A DNA stretch of 44,661 bases from Candidatus Peribacteria bacterium (GCA_903854455.1 CAINWJ010000159.1:1-44661); one strand, 5' to 3'. Positions 34,365 through 42,430 are shown, counted from the first letter of the stretch. Notes: a model not told the origin generated them from the sequence alone. A program made the numbers and translations.

Positions 34365-35603
34365 TTAAGGCAATAAATTCTTAAACCAGGAACCGACCTG
34401 GCCAAACGTGCGCTTGAAGTCGAAGCTGGAAAGTGAGAACGCCGTGTGACGCTGACCCTCACGGACACCCCAGAGGAGCGTGCCGAGTGCGGTGGCGTAG
34501 GCAGGATCGTCGACCTTCTCGATGACGCCGCCGATCTCGACCGGAAAACCCATCTGGACCGGGAGACCCAGAACCTCGCGGGCGATATCCAAGACACCCG
34601 GTGCCTTCACTGCGGCACCCGTGAGCAGAACACCTGCAGGGAGCAGACCATCCCGACCGATGCGCTTGAGCTCCTCCTTTACCAGGGAGAACGTCTCGTA
34701 GTACCTGGCCTGCATGATCTCGGCCATGTACCGCTTGCCGACCATTTGAGTATCCATCTTGCTGACCTGGGACAGATCGATCATCTCGCGCTCCTGGATC
34801 TCGGCTGGAAGAACGGACCCGAACTCGATCTTGATCTTCTCCGCTGTATCGATGGATGTGCGAAGACCGATGGCAATATCGTTGGTCACGTTCTCGCCGC
34901 CAACCGGAAGGCTGACAGAGTGCAGGATGGTCCCCTCTTCGAAGACGGCAACACTCGTGGAACCTGCACCTATATCTATGGTGACAACTCCGAGTTCCTT
35001 CTGACGCTTGGTAAGGACAGCCTCGGAAATGGCAATCGTTGCCGGCACGAGGGAGTCGATGTCGACACCTGCCTGATCGATGCACTTCTCCAGATTCTTC
35101 ACATGCTGGATCTGACCGGTGATGATGTGCGCCTCCACCTCCAGACGGATGCCGGTCATACCGACAGGATTCTTGATGCCGCGCTGCTCATCGACGGCGT
35201 ACGACTTGGGTTCGATGTGCAGGATGCGACGATTACTCGGAATGCTCACCGCTTGAGCCGCCTCCAGAACGCGTGCCACATCCTCCACGGTAATCTCGCT
35301 GCCGGAGATGGCGATGACTCCGCGGCTGTCGAAGGCTTCGATGTGCGATCCGCTCATGCCGACGAACACGTGGTTCACCGGTACACCTGCCATGCGCTCG
35401 GCATCCTCCAGGGCTGAGATGATGTTGTGGATGGTTTCCTCGATATCGATGACATGCCCCTTGCGCATACCGAGTGACGGGGACAACCCGACCCCGATGA
35501 CACTGGGAACCTGACCACCGTCGGTCGAATCGACGACTGCGATGATCACACGGATCTTGGAGCTACCGATATCGAGACTGCAGACAACGCGTTCCTTGGC
35601 CAT
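34365..35603 (-). CDS. ftsA: Cell division protein FtsA
   Basis: The actin-fold N-terminus VCSLDIGSSKIRV and the motifs DIGAGSTS and GGGA-like are present. The track ORF extends to 35741, but the conserved protein begins at MAKERVV (ATG 35603). Confidence 0.92.
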   Translation of the reverse strand: MAKERVVCSLDIGSSKIRVIIAVVDSTDGGQVPSVIGVGLSPSLGMRKGHVIDIEETIHNIISALEDAERMAGVPVNHVFVGMSGSHIEAFDSRGVIAISGSEITVEDVARVLEAAQAVSIPSNRRILHIEPKSYAVDEQRGIKNPVGMTGIRLEVEAHIITGQIQHVKNLEKCIDQAGVDIDSLVPATIAISEAVLTKRQKELGVVTIDIGAGSTSVAVFEEGTILHSVSLPVGGENVTNDIAIGLRTSIDTAEKIKIEFGSVLPAEIQEREMIDLSQVSKMDTQMVGKRYMAEIMQARYYETFSLVKEELKRIGRDGLLPAGVLLTGAAVKAPGVLDIAREVLGLPVQMGFPVEIGGVIEKVDDPAYATALGTLLWGVREGQRHTAFSLSSFDFKRTFGQVGSWFKNLLP

Positions 35604-35725
35604 AGAGAGTGGTGTGGAGTGAAACGGAAGCAATGTGCAAAGTTGAATATGCACACAACGAAAGCAGTCTAGAGAAAGAGGTGAAGGGCTCGCAACCCTG
35701 TCATGACTACGTTTCGTATTCAATT

Positions 35726-35764
35726 CATGGAAAATTCCCATGAAATTGGAAAATTATTTTCCAT
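35726..35764. promoter_or_regulatory. AT-rich operator-like palindrome GGAAAAT-T-ATTTTCC plus a third half-site
   Basis: A perfect 7-1-7 palindrome lies at 35748-35762, and an additional ATGGAAAAT lies at 35727-35735. The site is 125-160 nt upstream of the ftsA start. Confidence 0.3.
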
Positions 35765-35889
35765 ATGTAGATAAGGAAAGAACGTCCAAGTAACACTAAA
35801 TGTATTCATCAAAAATTCACCGAGTACAAAAAGTGCACGAGATTCGGTATTTGCTGATGAGCTAGGGCTCGGGGAAATCCTATTACATC

Positions 35890-35974
35890 CGTAGCCGGGG
35901 CATCGTGCCCCGGTCGTCCTGCGACACGCCGCTTGCCGGCCAAAGCCGAGCGAAGGCTGGATGTCGCAGCTACG
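35890..35974. ncRNA. Unassigned GC-rich structured element (three-helix junction); strand undetermined
   Basis: Hand fold: closing helix cgtag/ctacg (35890-94 with 35970-74). Hairpin ccggggca-tcg-tgccccgg (35895-35913). Helix ctgcgaca/tgtcgcag (35919-26 with 35962-69), which encloses a further cggc-caaa-gccg hairpin. No match to SRP, 6S, tmRNA or RNase P consensus that I can recognise. Confidence 0.3.
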
Positions 35975-35991
35975 AAAATATTCAATTCCTC

Positions 35992-36969
35992 CTATAACAA
36001 CGACATCTGCTCCTGTTCCTTTTGAGGCAATGATTCCTTTGAAGGCGTCAGATTGCTGCTTAGGGATCCATCCATCCGGAAATGATTCTGCCCATACGGT
36101 GTTGCAAGCAATGCCTGAAATCTCTTCATCGGTAATGTGAACTCCAGATCGGAAAACAATTGGATGATCGGTGCGGATGGAATGTCCTTGAGCTCGAGGT
36201 CTGCAAGGGAAACAGGGAGATCGATATCGCACTTGAGCTGGCTCATCCGTTCGCAGAAGAATGCCTGCTCTCTGCCAGCCTCCAATTTAGACCTCCAGGA
36301 GGATTTGATATCCGGAAGATGCTTGTAGATCTCCTCGGTGGAACCATACTGCTGGATCAGTGCCGCAGCTGCCTTGGGACCGATCCCCTTCACGCCGGGA
36401 AGATTGTCCGACGAATCTCCGACCAATCCTTTATAAGAAGGTATCTGTGCAGGTGTCACACCGTACTTCGTGAACACTTCCTTATCCGACAGATACTCAG
36501 CCTCCTGATATCCCTTGTGCGGGATGGCGATCCGGATGGTAGAGGAAGCAAGCTGGAACAGATCCCGGTCACCGGAGACAATCGTCACCCGATCCCCTGC
36601 CCTCTCGGCAGCCCGAGCATAGGAACATGCCAGATCATCGGCTTCGTACCGGCGATCCTCGACACTGCGGATACCGAAGGAATCGATAACGGACCTGGCA
36701 CGCGGAATCTGCACGTAGAAATCATCCGGTGTTGTCTGCCTGCCACTCTTGTAGTCGGCGTACTCCGTGTGCCGGAACGTCTCATCACCGGCATCGAAGC
36801 AGAACAACACACTGTCGGGCTGCTCGGTGCGCAATATAAGGAGAAGCATGGAGGCGATGCCGAAGACCGTATTCACCTGCTCACCCTTGGATGTCCGCAT
36901 CGTGCGGGGAATAGCCCAGTACGCTCTATATAAGAGGTGGTGACCGTCGATAATGACGAGATGCTTCAT
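35992..36969 (-). CDS. Stand-alone 5'-3' exonuclease (Pol I N-terminal/FEN-like domain, no polymerase domain)
   Basis: MKHLVIIDGHHLLYRAYWA, the acidic metal-binding motifs, and the H3TH motif GDSSDNLPGVKGIGPKAAAALI are present. 325 aa. Confidence 0.93.
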   Translation of the reverse strand: MKHLVIIDGHHLLYRAYWAIPRTMRTSKGEQVNTVFGIASMLLLILRTEQPDSVLFCFDAGDETFRHTEYADYKSGRQTTPDDFYVQIPRARSVIDSFGIRSVEDRRYEADDLACSYARAAERAGDRVTIVSGDRDLFQLASSTIRIAIPHKGYQEAEYLSDKEVFTKYGVTPAQIPSYKGLVGDSSDNLPGVKGIGPKAAAALIQQYGSTEEIYKHLPDIKSSWRSKLEAGREQAFFCERMSQLKCDIDLPVSLADLELKDIPSAPIIQLFSDLEFTLPMKRFQALLATPYGQNHFRMDGSLSSNLTPSKESLPQKEQEQMSLL

Positions 36970-37120
36970 GGGAGGGATCAGGGATCAGTAATCAGGGATC
37001 AGTAATCGGGAACAGGGAAATACTCAGAACAAACGAAACTGAGTATGAAGAGTATCAGAAGATAACCAAAGCTGTATCTCCTAAGTAGTAAACCTCCCTG
37101 ACCCTCACACCCGATCCTCA
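36970..37120. repeat. Low-complexity inverted repeat, GGGATCAG / CCCTGACCC words, with nested 8-bp hairpin
   Basis: G-arm 36970-37016 (gggagggatcagggatcagtaatcagggatcagtaatcgggaacaggg). C-arm 37093-37120 (cctccctgaccctcacacccgatcctca). Arm complementarity is only partial. A nested hairpin atactcag/ctgagtat lies at 37020-27 and 37039-46. Confidence 0.6.
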
Positions 37121-37222
37121 TAACTGTCATCATCAAACAATCTATCAATTCTGACAACTCTGAAGGATTCCGGAAAAACCAAAAAACCTGTATAATAATT
37201 CGATTCATCCACACCAACATTC

Positions 37223-37861
37223 ATGACCACTGTCTCACCAGCCTATGACAACAAGATCGTGCGCAAATACTCGGCGCGCACTGTCGAGCACAAAGCCGAG
37301 AACAAGGCTGCGTTGCAGGAGGAGTTGAAATGGATCGCTGAGCCCAAACAGCCCATCATCTGCCTGCCGACCGGTATCACCGATGCGCTGGGCGGAGAAC
37401 TATTTGAGCAGGTGCTCCCGGGACTTCTGGAACTGCCGGTCTCACTCGTCATCCGCGGACGCGGATCCAAGAAGTACGGAGACACACTCACCAAGCTTGC
37501 GAAGACGAAGAACCATCGCGTGGCGATCATCCAGGACGATGACGTTCACATCCGGCACATGCTCGCCGGAAGCGACATCGCCGTCTTCTTCTCGACCAAT
37601 AACGACGAGGAGATGCTGGAGAACTGCCTTCGCTACGGTGTCATCCCAGTCTCCCTCCCCATGGAATCACTGGAGAACTACAACCCGGTACAGGAGAGCG
37701 GTAATGCGTTCGTGTACGAAGATCCCAGTCACTGGATGTGCTTCGCGAGTCTGGTGCGCGCACTCGAAACATTCAAGTTCCCCTTCGACTGGAGAACCAT
37801 CCAACGCCATGCGATGGATGCAATGGACAGGAAGACAGCAATGGCAGAAGCAACGGCGTAA
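37223..37861 (+). CDS. Glycogen-synthase (GlgA)-like C-terminal domain only; catalytic residues lost (remnant or pseudoenzyme)
   Basis: It aligns by eye with the GlgA C-terminal half (VSPAY...KAENKAALQ...LPGLLE...YGVIPV...AFVYED...AMD). SRLTSQKG is replaced by TGITDALGG and SRFEPCGL by STNNDEEML. The N-terminal Rossmann domain is absent. Confidence 0.6.
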   Translation: MTTVSPAYDNKIVRKYSARTVEHKAENKAALQEELKWIAEPKQPIICLPTGITDALGGELFEQVLPGLLELPVSLVIRGRGSKKYGDTLTKLAKTKNHRVAIIQDDDVHIRHMLAGSDIAVFFSTNNDEEMLENCLRYGVIPVSLPMESLENYNPVQESGNAFVYEDPSHWMCFASLVRALETFKFPFDWRTIQRHAMDAMDRKTAMAEATA

Positions 37862-37920
37862 ACAAAACCACGGAACAATGAACCGTGAATTGTTAATAGT
37901 TAATTGTTAACAGTTTCCAT

Positions 37921-38115
37921 TTATACATCATCGTCATCCGGAATCCCGAGTTCGTTATCGTCCTCCTCATCGTCAGTAACAAATTCATCATCGTCATCAC
38001 CCAAGACAAAGCCGTCATCATCACCCGCTCCAGACCCTGACCCCGATCCGGTTCCGTCATCATCGTCATCGCCCAGAAGAAATAGCCAGCTGAAGGGGAA
38101 AACAAGAGGAAACAT
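37921..38115 (-). CDS. Possible small extremely acidic protein with hydrophobic N-terminus (64 aa); coding status uncertain
   Basis: MFPLVFPFSWLFLLG is followed by D/E/G-rich low complexity. The DNA is (gatgac)-like low complexity and contains a GGGTCAGG-family C-arm (38033-38052). A Ser-rich ORF exists on the opposite strand. Confidence 0.3.
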   Translation of the reverse strand: MFPLVFPFSWLFLLGDDDDDGTGSGSGSGAGDDDGFVLGDDDDEFVTDDEEDDNELGIPDDDDV

Positions 38116-38179
38116 AGGTGAGAGGAAAATGCGCCGCGAAGTATAATGAGAGTTAAAGATGATGCAAGGCGATTTTTAT

Positions 38180-38309
38180 GAGGAAATAGAGGAAAGAGAC
38201 GAAATAGAAGAATGAGAGAATTACCAAAAAAACGAACTGAAGATCCATTCTGATCTCCTCCTCTATTTCTTCGATTTCCAAATTTTCTTGTATCCTCTAT
38301 TTCCTCTCC
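38180..38309. repeat. Low-complexity inverted repeat, GAAATAGAGGA family
   Basis: G-arm 38180-38218 (gaggaaatagaggaaagagacgaaatagaagaatgagag). C-arm 38255-38309 (ctcctcctctatttcttcgatttcc...cctctatttcctctcc). It lies upstream of the Sel1 lipoprotein gene. Confidence 0.8.
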
Positions 38310-38337
38310 ACCCCTCCTCCTCTACCATACGTCCGCT

Positions 38338-39027
38338 ATGCGTACCTCCCACCTCATCATCACCGCGATCAGCTGCACTGCACTCCTGACAGGATGCGGT
38401 GCCAAAAAAGAAACTCCAACCGCTCCACTGGAATCCAGACAATCACTGGAAGTGAAAGCCAATGCCGGCGATGCTGCTGCTCAGTTCGAGCTGGGTGCCG
38501 CCTACCACGATGGTTCCGGCGGTCCCAAAGACCTCACACTCGCCAAGAGCTGGTTCGAGAAGTCTGCAAAGCAGGGAGATGTCCGGGCGGAGTTTAATCT
38601 GGGTGTGATGTACTACATGGGAGAAGGGTTGAAACAGAATTACGCCGTAGCTCGTAATTGGTTCGAGAAAGCGGCTGCCAAACAGAATCCACGAGCGCAG
38701 TTCAACCTGGGCGTGATGTACTACCGCGGCGAAGGCGTGAAGCAGGATTACAAGAAAGCCATAGACTATTTCTCGCAGGCAGGAACACAGGGTTTCCAGG
38801 AAGCGGCATTCAACCTGGGCGTGATGTATGCCAAGGGTGAAGGTGGAGAAGTGGATGTTGGCAAGGCATACGCGTGGTTCTCCCTCGCACGGGATCTGGG
38901 AAGCGAACGAGCACCGGAGGTACTGAAGAACATCGAACGTGCTCTGAAGCCGGAGCAGGTTACGCTTGCCAAGAGCATGGCAACCGCACTGAAGGAAGAG
39001 GTTCAGAAGCAGACGAAGAAGCAGTAA
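38338..39027 (+). CDS. Sel1-repeat (SLR/TPR-like) lipoprotein
   Basis: The lipobox is LLTGC. Five tandem Sel1 repeats follow (AQFNLGVMYY.GEGV.QDY..A..WF.KAA). Confidence 0.9.
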   Translation: MRTSHLIITAISCTALLTGCGAKKETPTAPLESRQSLEVKANAGDAAAQFELGAAYHDGSGGPKDLTLAKSWFEKSAKQGDVRAEFNLGVMYYMGEGLKQNYAVARNWFEKAAAKQNPRAQFNLGVMYYRGEGVKQDYKKAIDYFSQAGTQGFQEAAFNLGVMYAKGEGGEVDVGKAYAWFSLARDLGSERAPEVLKNIERALKPEQVTLAKSMATALKEEVQKQTKKQ

Positions 39028-39049
39028 CTCGTGCATTTTCAGCCAACGA

Positions 39050-41743
39050 ATGCCCTTCCTCTTTCGCTCTGTCCACATAGGCAAAGGAAGTGTCAAAACA
39101 CTTGCAGATGAAGTGCAGAAGCTGCTGACGACATGTACACACCTCGAAACGGATCAGGTGCTGGCGTGGCTTGGTACGCCGTATGGAGGCCTGACGGAGA
39201 ATGAAGCGGCACACAGACTGCAGGAAGAGGGGTCCAATGATGTGACGCACGAGAAGGCATCACCGTGGTACATCCTCCTCCTTAAGAACATCGGCAACCC
39301 GTTCGTCGTGGTGCTGCTGGCACTGGGGATTGTCTCGTATCTCACAGGCGATCATCGTTCCGTCATTGTCGTGGGAACCATGGTGATCGCGAGCGTCCTC
39401 CTGCGATTCATCCAGGAGTACCGCTCCACGCGTGCAGCTGAATCTTTGCAAGCCTTGGTACGAACGACTGCAACAGTCATGCGTCAGCACGAGGACCATG
39501 AAGACGATGAGAACATCAAGCTGGTGAGTGAATGGCGCGAGATACCGTTACGGCAGCTCGTCCGTGGTGACGTCATCCGGCTGGCAGCGGGAGACATGAT
39601 CCCGGCGGACGTCCGCCTGCTCCAATCCAAAGACCTCTTCGTCAGCCAATCCGTCCTCACCGGTGAATCCATGCCGGTCGAGAAAGCGGACATTCATCAT
39701 CTGCACACCGGACAGAAACAATCTCCACAATCGAAGAACGACAGCCCGCTGGAGCAGGAAAATCTCTGCTTCCTCGGTACCAACATCATCAGCGGATCAG
39801 CTACTGCCGCCGTAGTGACAACCGGTGAACGAACCATGCTCGGGTCACTCGCGAAAGCCGTTGCCGGTCATCGGACCGAGACGAGCTTCGACAAGGGACT
39901 CAAGAGCGTCTCGTGGCTCTTGGTCCGCTTCATGCTCGTGATGACTCCGCTCATCTTCGTCTTAAGCGGGGTCACCAAGGGAGACTGGAAGCAGGCATTC
40001 CTCTTCGCAGTCGCAGTCGCGGTGGGACTGACACCGGAAATGCTACCGATGGTCGTCACCGCGAACCTGGCAAAAGGTGCTTTGTCGATGGCACGGAAGA
40101 AGGTAATCGTAAAGAACCTCAATGCCATCCAGAACCTGGGAGCCATGGACGTCCTCTGCACAGACAAGACCGGCACACTCACGCAGGACAAGATCGTGCT
40201 GATCGAGTACATGGACATCCACGGGAAGCATAGTCCGCAAGTCCTGGAGTACGCCTACGTCAACAGTCACTTCCAGACGGGGCTCAAGGATCTCCTCGAT
40301 CGCGCAGTCGTCGAACATGCCGAACTCACGGAGAAGCTTAAGCTTCCGACTACCAAGAAAATCGACGAGATCCCGTTCGACTTCTCCCGCCGCCGCATGT
40401 CGGTCGTGGTGGAGAAATCCCCGGAGCAGCACGTCTTGATCTGCAAAGGAGCCATAGAAGAACTGCTCAAGATCTGCACACAGGTGGAGGATGAAGGTTC
40501 GCTGCAGCCACTGACCGATGAGCGGAGAGCATCGATCCTGAAGCTGACGGATGATCTGAACGGGCGTGGTCTGCGGGTCGTTGCAGTCGCGTACAAGACG
40601 ATGACACCGACCGGCAAACCCTGCACCGTCTCCGATGAACAGAACCTGACTCTCGCCGGCTTCATCGATTTCTTAGATCCGCCGAAGGAAAGTGCCGGAC
40701 CTGCGATCGTCCTCCTTAGGAAAGCCGGCATCACCGTAAAAGTGATCACGGGAGACAATGACGTCGTCACGAGGCGCGTCTGCAAAGATGTCGGACTGGA
40801 TGTAGAGAATCTTCTCCTCGGTCAGGACGTCGAAACGATGTCGGATGCCGAACTCCTGGTCGCAGTAGAACAAACAACGGTGTTCGCCAAAGTGACCCCG
40901 GCGCAGAAAGCCCGAATCGTGCGTGCAATCAAAGACAATAATCATACAGTCGGCTATCTGGGCGACGGTATCAATGACGCGTCAGCGCTGAGAGATGCAG
41001 ACGTCGGCGTCTCGGTCGATTCCGCGACGGACATCGCCAAGGAGTCAGCGGACATCATCTTGCTCGAGAAGAGTCTGCTCGTACTCAATGATGGAGTCAT
41101 CCGCGGACGCGAGGTCTACGGCAACATCATCAAGTACATCAAGATGGCGACGAGTTCGAACTTCGGGAACATGTTCTCCATGCTGGCAGCGAGTGCCTTC
41201 CTGCCGTTCCTGCCCATGCTCCCGATCCAGCTCCTGATCCAGAACCTGCTCTACGATTTCTCGCAGCTCTCACTGCCGTGGGACAAGATGAACCCGGAGT
41301 TCCTGGCTCAGCCCAGGAAGTGGGAGCCCAAGGGCATCGCGCGGTTCATGCTCTGCATAGGACCCCTGAGCTCCATCTTCGACATCACGACGTTCGTGAT
41401 CCTCTGGTACGTATTCAAAGCAAATGTCCCCGCAATGCAATCTCTCTTCCAGTCAGGCTGGTTCGTGGAAGGTCTCCTCTCCCAGACACTGATCGTCCAC
41501 ATGATCCGCACACGGGAAATCCCGTTCATCCAGAGCCGGGCAGCAACACCGGTGTTACTGACAACGGGTGCCGTCATGCTCGCAGGACTCCTGATCCCCT
41601 TCTCCAGCTTCGGTGCAGCGGTAGGGATGGTCCCGCTGCCACTCTCCTACTTCCCGTGGCTCCTCGGAATCCTGATCGGTTACTGCGCGGTAACGCAGAC
41701 GGTGAAGACGCTGTACATCCGGACGTTCGGGGGGTGGTTGTGA
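39050..41743 (+). CDS. mgtA: Magnesium-translocating P-type ATPase
   Basis: CTDKTGTLTQDKIVL (MgtA-type phosphorylation site), TGES, TGDN and GDGINDA are present, with 10 predicted TM helices. 897 aa. Confidence 0.94.
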   Translation: MPFLFRSVHIGKGSVKTLADEVQKLLTTCTHLETDQVLAWLGTPYGGLTENEAAHRLQEEGSNDVTHEKASPWYILLLKNIGNPFVVVLLALGIVSYLTGDHRSVIVVGTMVIASVLLRFIQEYRSTRAAESLQALVRTTATVMRQHEDHEDDENIKLVSEWREIPLRQLVRGDVIRLAAGDMIPADVRLLQSKDLFVSQSVLTGESMPVEKADIHHLHTGQKQSPQSKNDSPLEQENLCFLGTNIISGSATAAVVTTGERTMLGSLAKAVAGHRTETSFDKGLKSVSWLLVRFMLVMTPLIFVLSGVTKGDWKQAFLFAVAVAVGLTPEMLPMVVTANLAKGALSMARKKVIVKNLNAIQNLGAMDVLCTDKTGTLTQDKIVLIEYMDIHGKHSPQVLEYAYVNSHFQTGLKDLLDRAVVEHAELTEKLKLPTTKKIDEIPFDFSRRRMSVVVEKSPEQHVLICKGAIEELLKICTQVEDEGSLQPLTDERRASILKLTDDLNGRGLRVVAVAYKTMTPTGKPCTVSDEQNLTLAGFIDFLDPPKESAGPAIVLLRKAGITVKVITGDNDVVTRRVCKDVGLDVENLLLGQDVETMSDAELLVAVEQTTVFAKVTPAQKARIVRAIKDNNHTVGYLGDGINDASALRDADVGVSVDSATDIAKESADIILLEKSLLVLNDGVIRGREVYGNIIKYIKMATSSNFGNMFSMLAASAFLPFLPMLPIQLLIQNLLYDFSQLSLPWDKMNPEFLAQPRKWEPKGIARFMLCIGPLSSIFDITTFVILWYVFKANVPAMQSLFQSGWFVEGLLSQTLIVHMIRTREIPFIQSRAATPVLLTTGAVMLAGLLIPFSSFGAAVGMVPLPLSYFPWLLGILIGYCAVTQTVKTLYIRTFGGWL

Positions 41744-41758
41744 CGAAAAGGAATCCTA

Positions 41759-41791
41759 GGAAACCAAAGAAACCAAGGAGTCCAAGGAAGG
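41759..41791. repeat. Single low-complexity arm (AAACCAA/CCAAGGA words)
   Basis: ggaaaccaaagaaaccaaggagtccaaggaagg lies between mgtA and the hydrolase gene. I could find no partner arm in the spacer. Confidence 0.5.
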
Positions 41792-41808
41792 ACGCTATAA
41801 TCAATTCA

Positions 41809-42354
41809 ATGAAGAACGCAGTGATCATCCACGGCACCGGAACACGGAATGATGAGTTCTGGTTTCCGTGGTTTAAGAAGGAACTCGAAGCCAAGGGTTA
41901 TACCGTTTGGCTCCCGCAAATGCCGAATGCGGATCATCCGAATCTGGAGGAATGGCTGCCGTTCATCATGGACCAGGCGTCGTTTACCGAGGATACGATC
42001 TTGATCGGGCATTCCGCCGGAGCGCAGCTGATCCTGAGTATTCTGGAAAGAATCCCGACACCAATTAAACAGGCGATCCTCGTTGCCGGTTATGCCAGGG
42101 CACTACGAGCAAGCGCCGATGATGAAAGTGACGGACTCGTAGATTGGAATAATGCGCACGGGAAATGCCGAAAGATCATCTTTATCAACTCCGATAACGA
42201 TCCGTGGGGATGTGATGATGCACAGGGAAGGATCATGCAGGAAAATCTCGGTGGAGAATTGATTGTAACGAAGGGCGAAGGGCACATGGGATCGACGACC
42301 TACAACCAGCCCTACAAGGAATTCCCGCTGCTGGTGAAATTGTTGAATGCGTGA
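41809..42354 (+). CDS. Alpha/beta serine hydrolase, RBBP9/YdeN-like
   Basis: MKNAVIIHG, the nucleophile elbow LIGHSAG, and the late motifs NSDNDPW and GEGHM are present. The track ORF 41278..42354 overlaps mgtA, so the start is placed at ATG 41809. Confidence 0.85.
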   Translation: MKNAVIIHGTGTRNDEFWFPWFKKELEAKGYTVWLPQMPNADHPNLEEWLPFIMDQASFTEDTILIGHSAGAQLILSILERIPTPIKQAILVAGYARALRASADDESDGLVDWNNAHGKCRKIIFINSDNDPWGCDDAQGRIMQENLGGELIVTKGEGHMGSTTYNQPYKEFPLLVKLLNA

Positions 42355-42372
42355 ATGGAATTGATTGCTTGC

Positions 42373-42430
42373 CTGCGGGGCGGCAGCCCCGCGCTCCTGA
42401 CCCTCACCCCGACCCTCACCCCGACCCTCA
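42373..42430. repeat. GC hairpin motif plus orphan GGGTCAGG-family C-arm
   Basis: ctgcggggcggcagccccgcgctc (42373-42396) is 22/24 identical to the reverse complement of 34317-34340. It is followed by cctgaccctcaccccgaccctcaccccgaccctca (42396-42430). Confidence 0.75.

Noticed and set aside
33221-35417. Long plus-strand ORFs 33221..34126 and 34446..35417
   Set aside because: They are antisense shadows of ftsZ and ftsA. The same reasoning applies to 36160..36933, 38443..39096, 12205..13203, 8504..9307, 1077..1835, 19576..22805 and the many short ORFs inside 24350..28894.
10479-38309. Possible CRISPR arrays, given the many short periodic repeats
   Set aside because: The repeat units are 5-9 nt and degenerate, with no unique spacers of constant length. 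The arms are arranged as inverted pairs and no cas genes are present. These are not CRISPR.
39028-39049. Mg2+ (M-box) riboswitch upstream of mgtA, and a T-box upstream of thrS
   Set aside because: The mgtA spacer is only 22 nt. The thrS leader (15499-15556) is entirely repeat arm. There is no room for either element and no conserved motifs.
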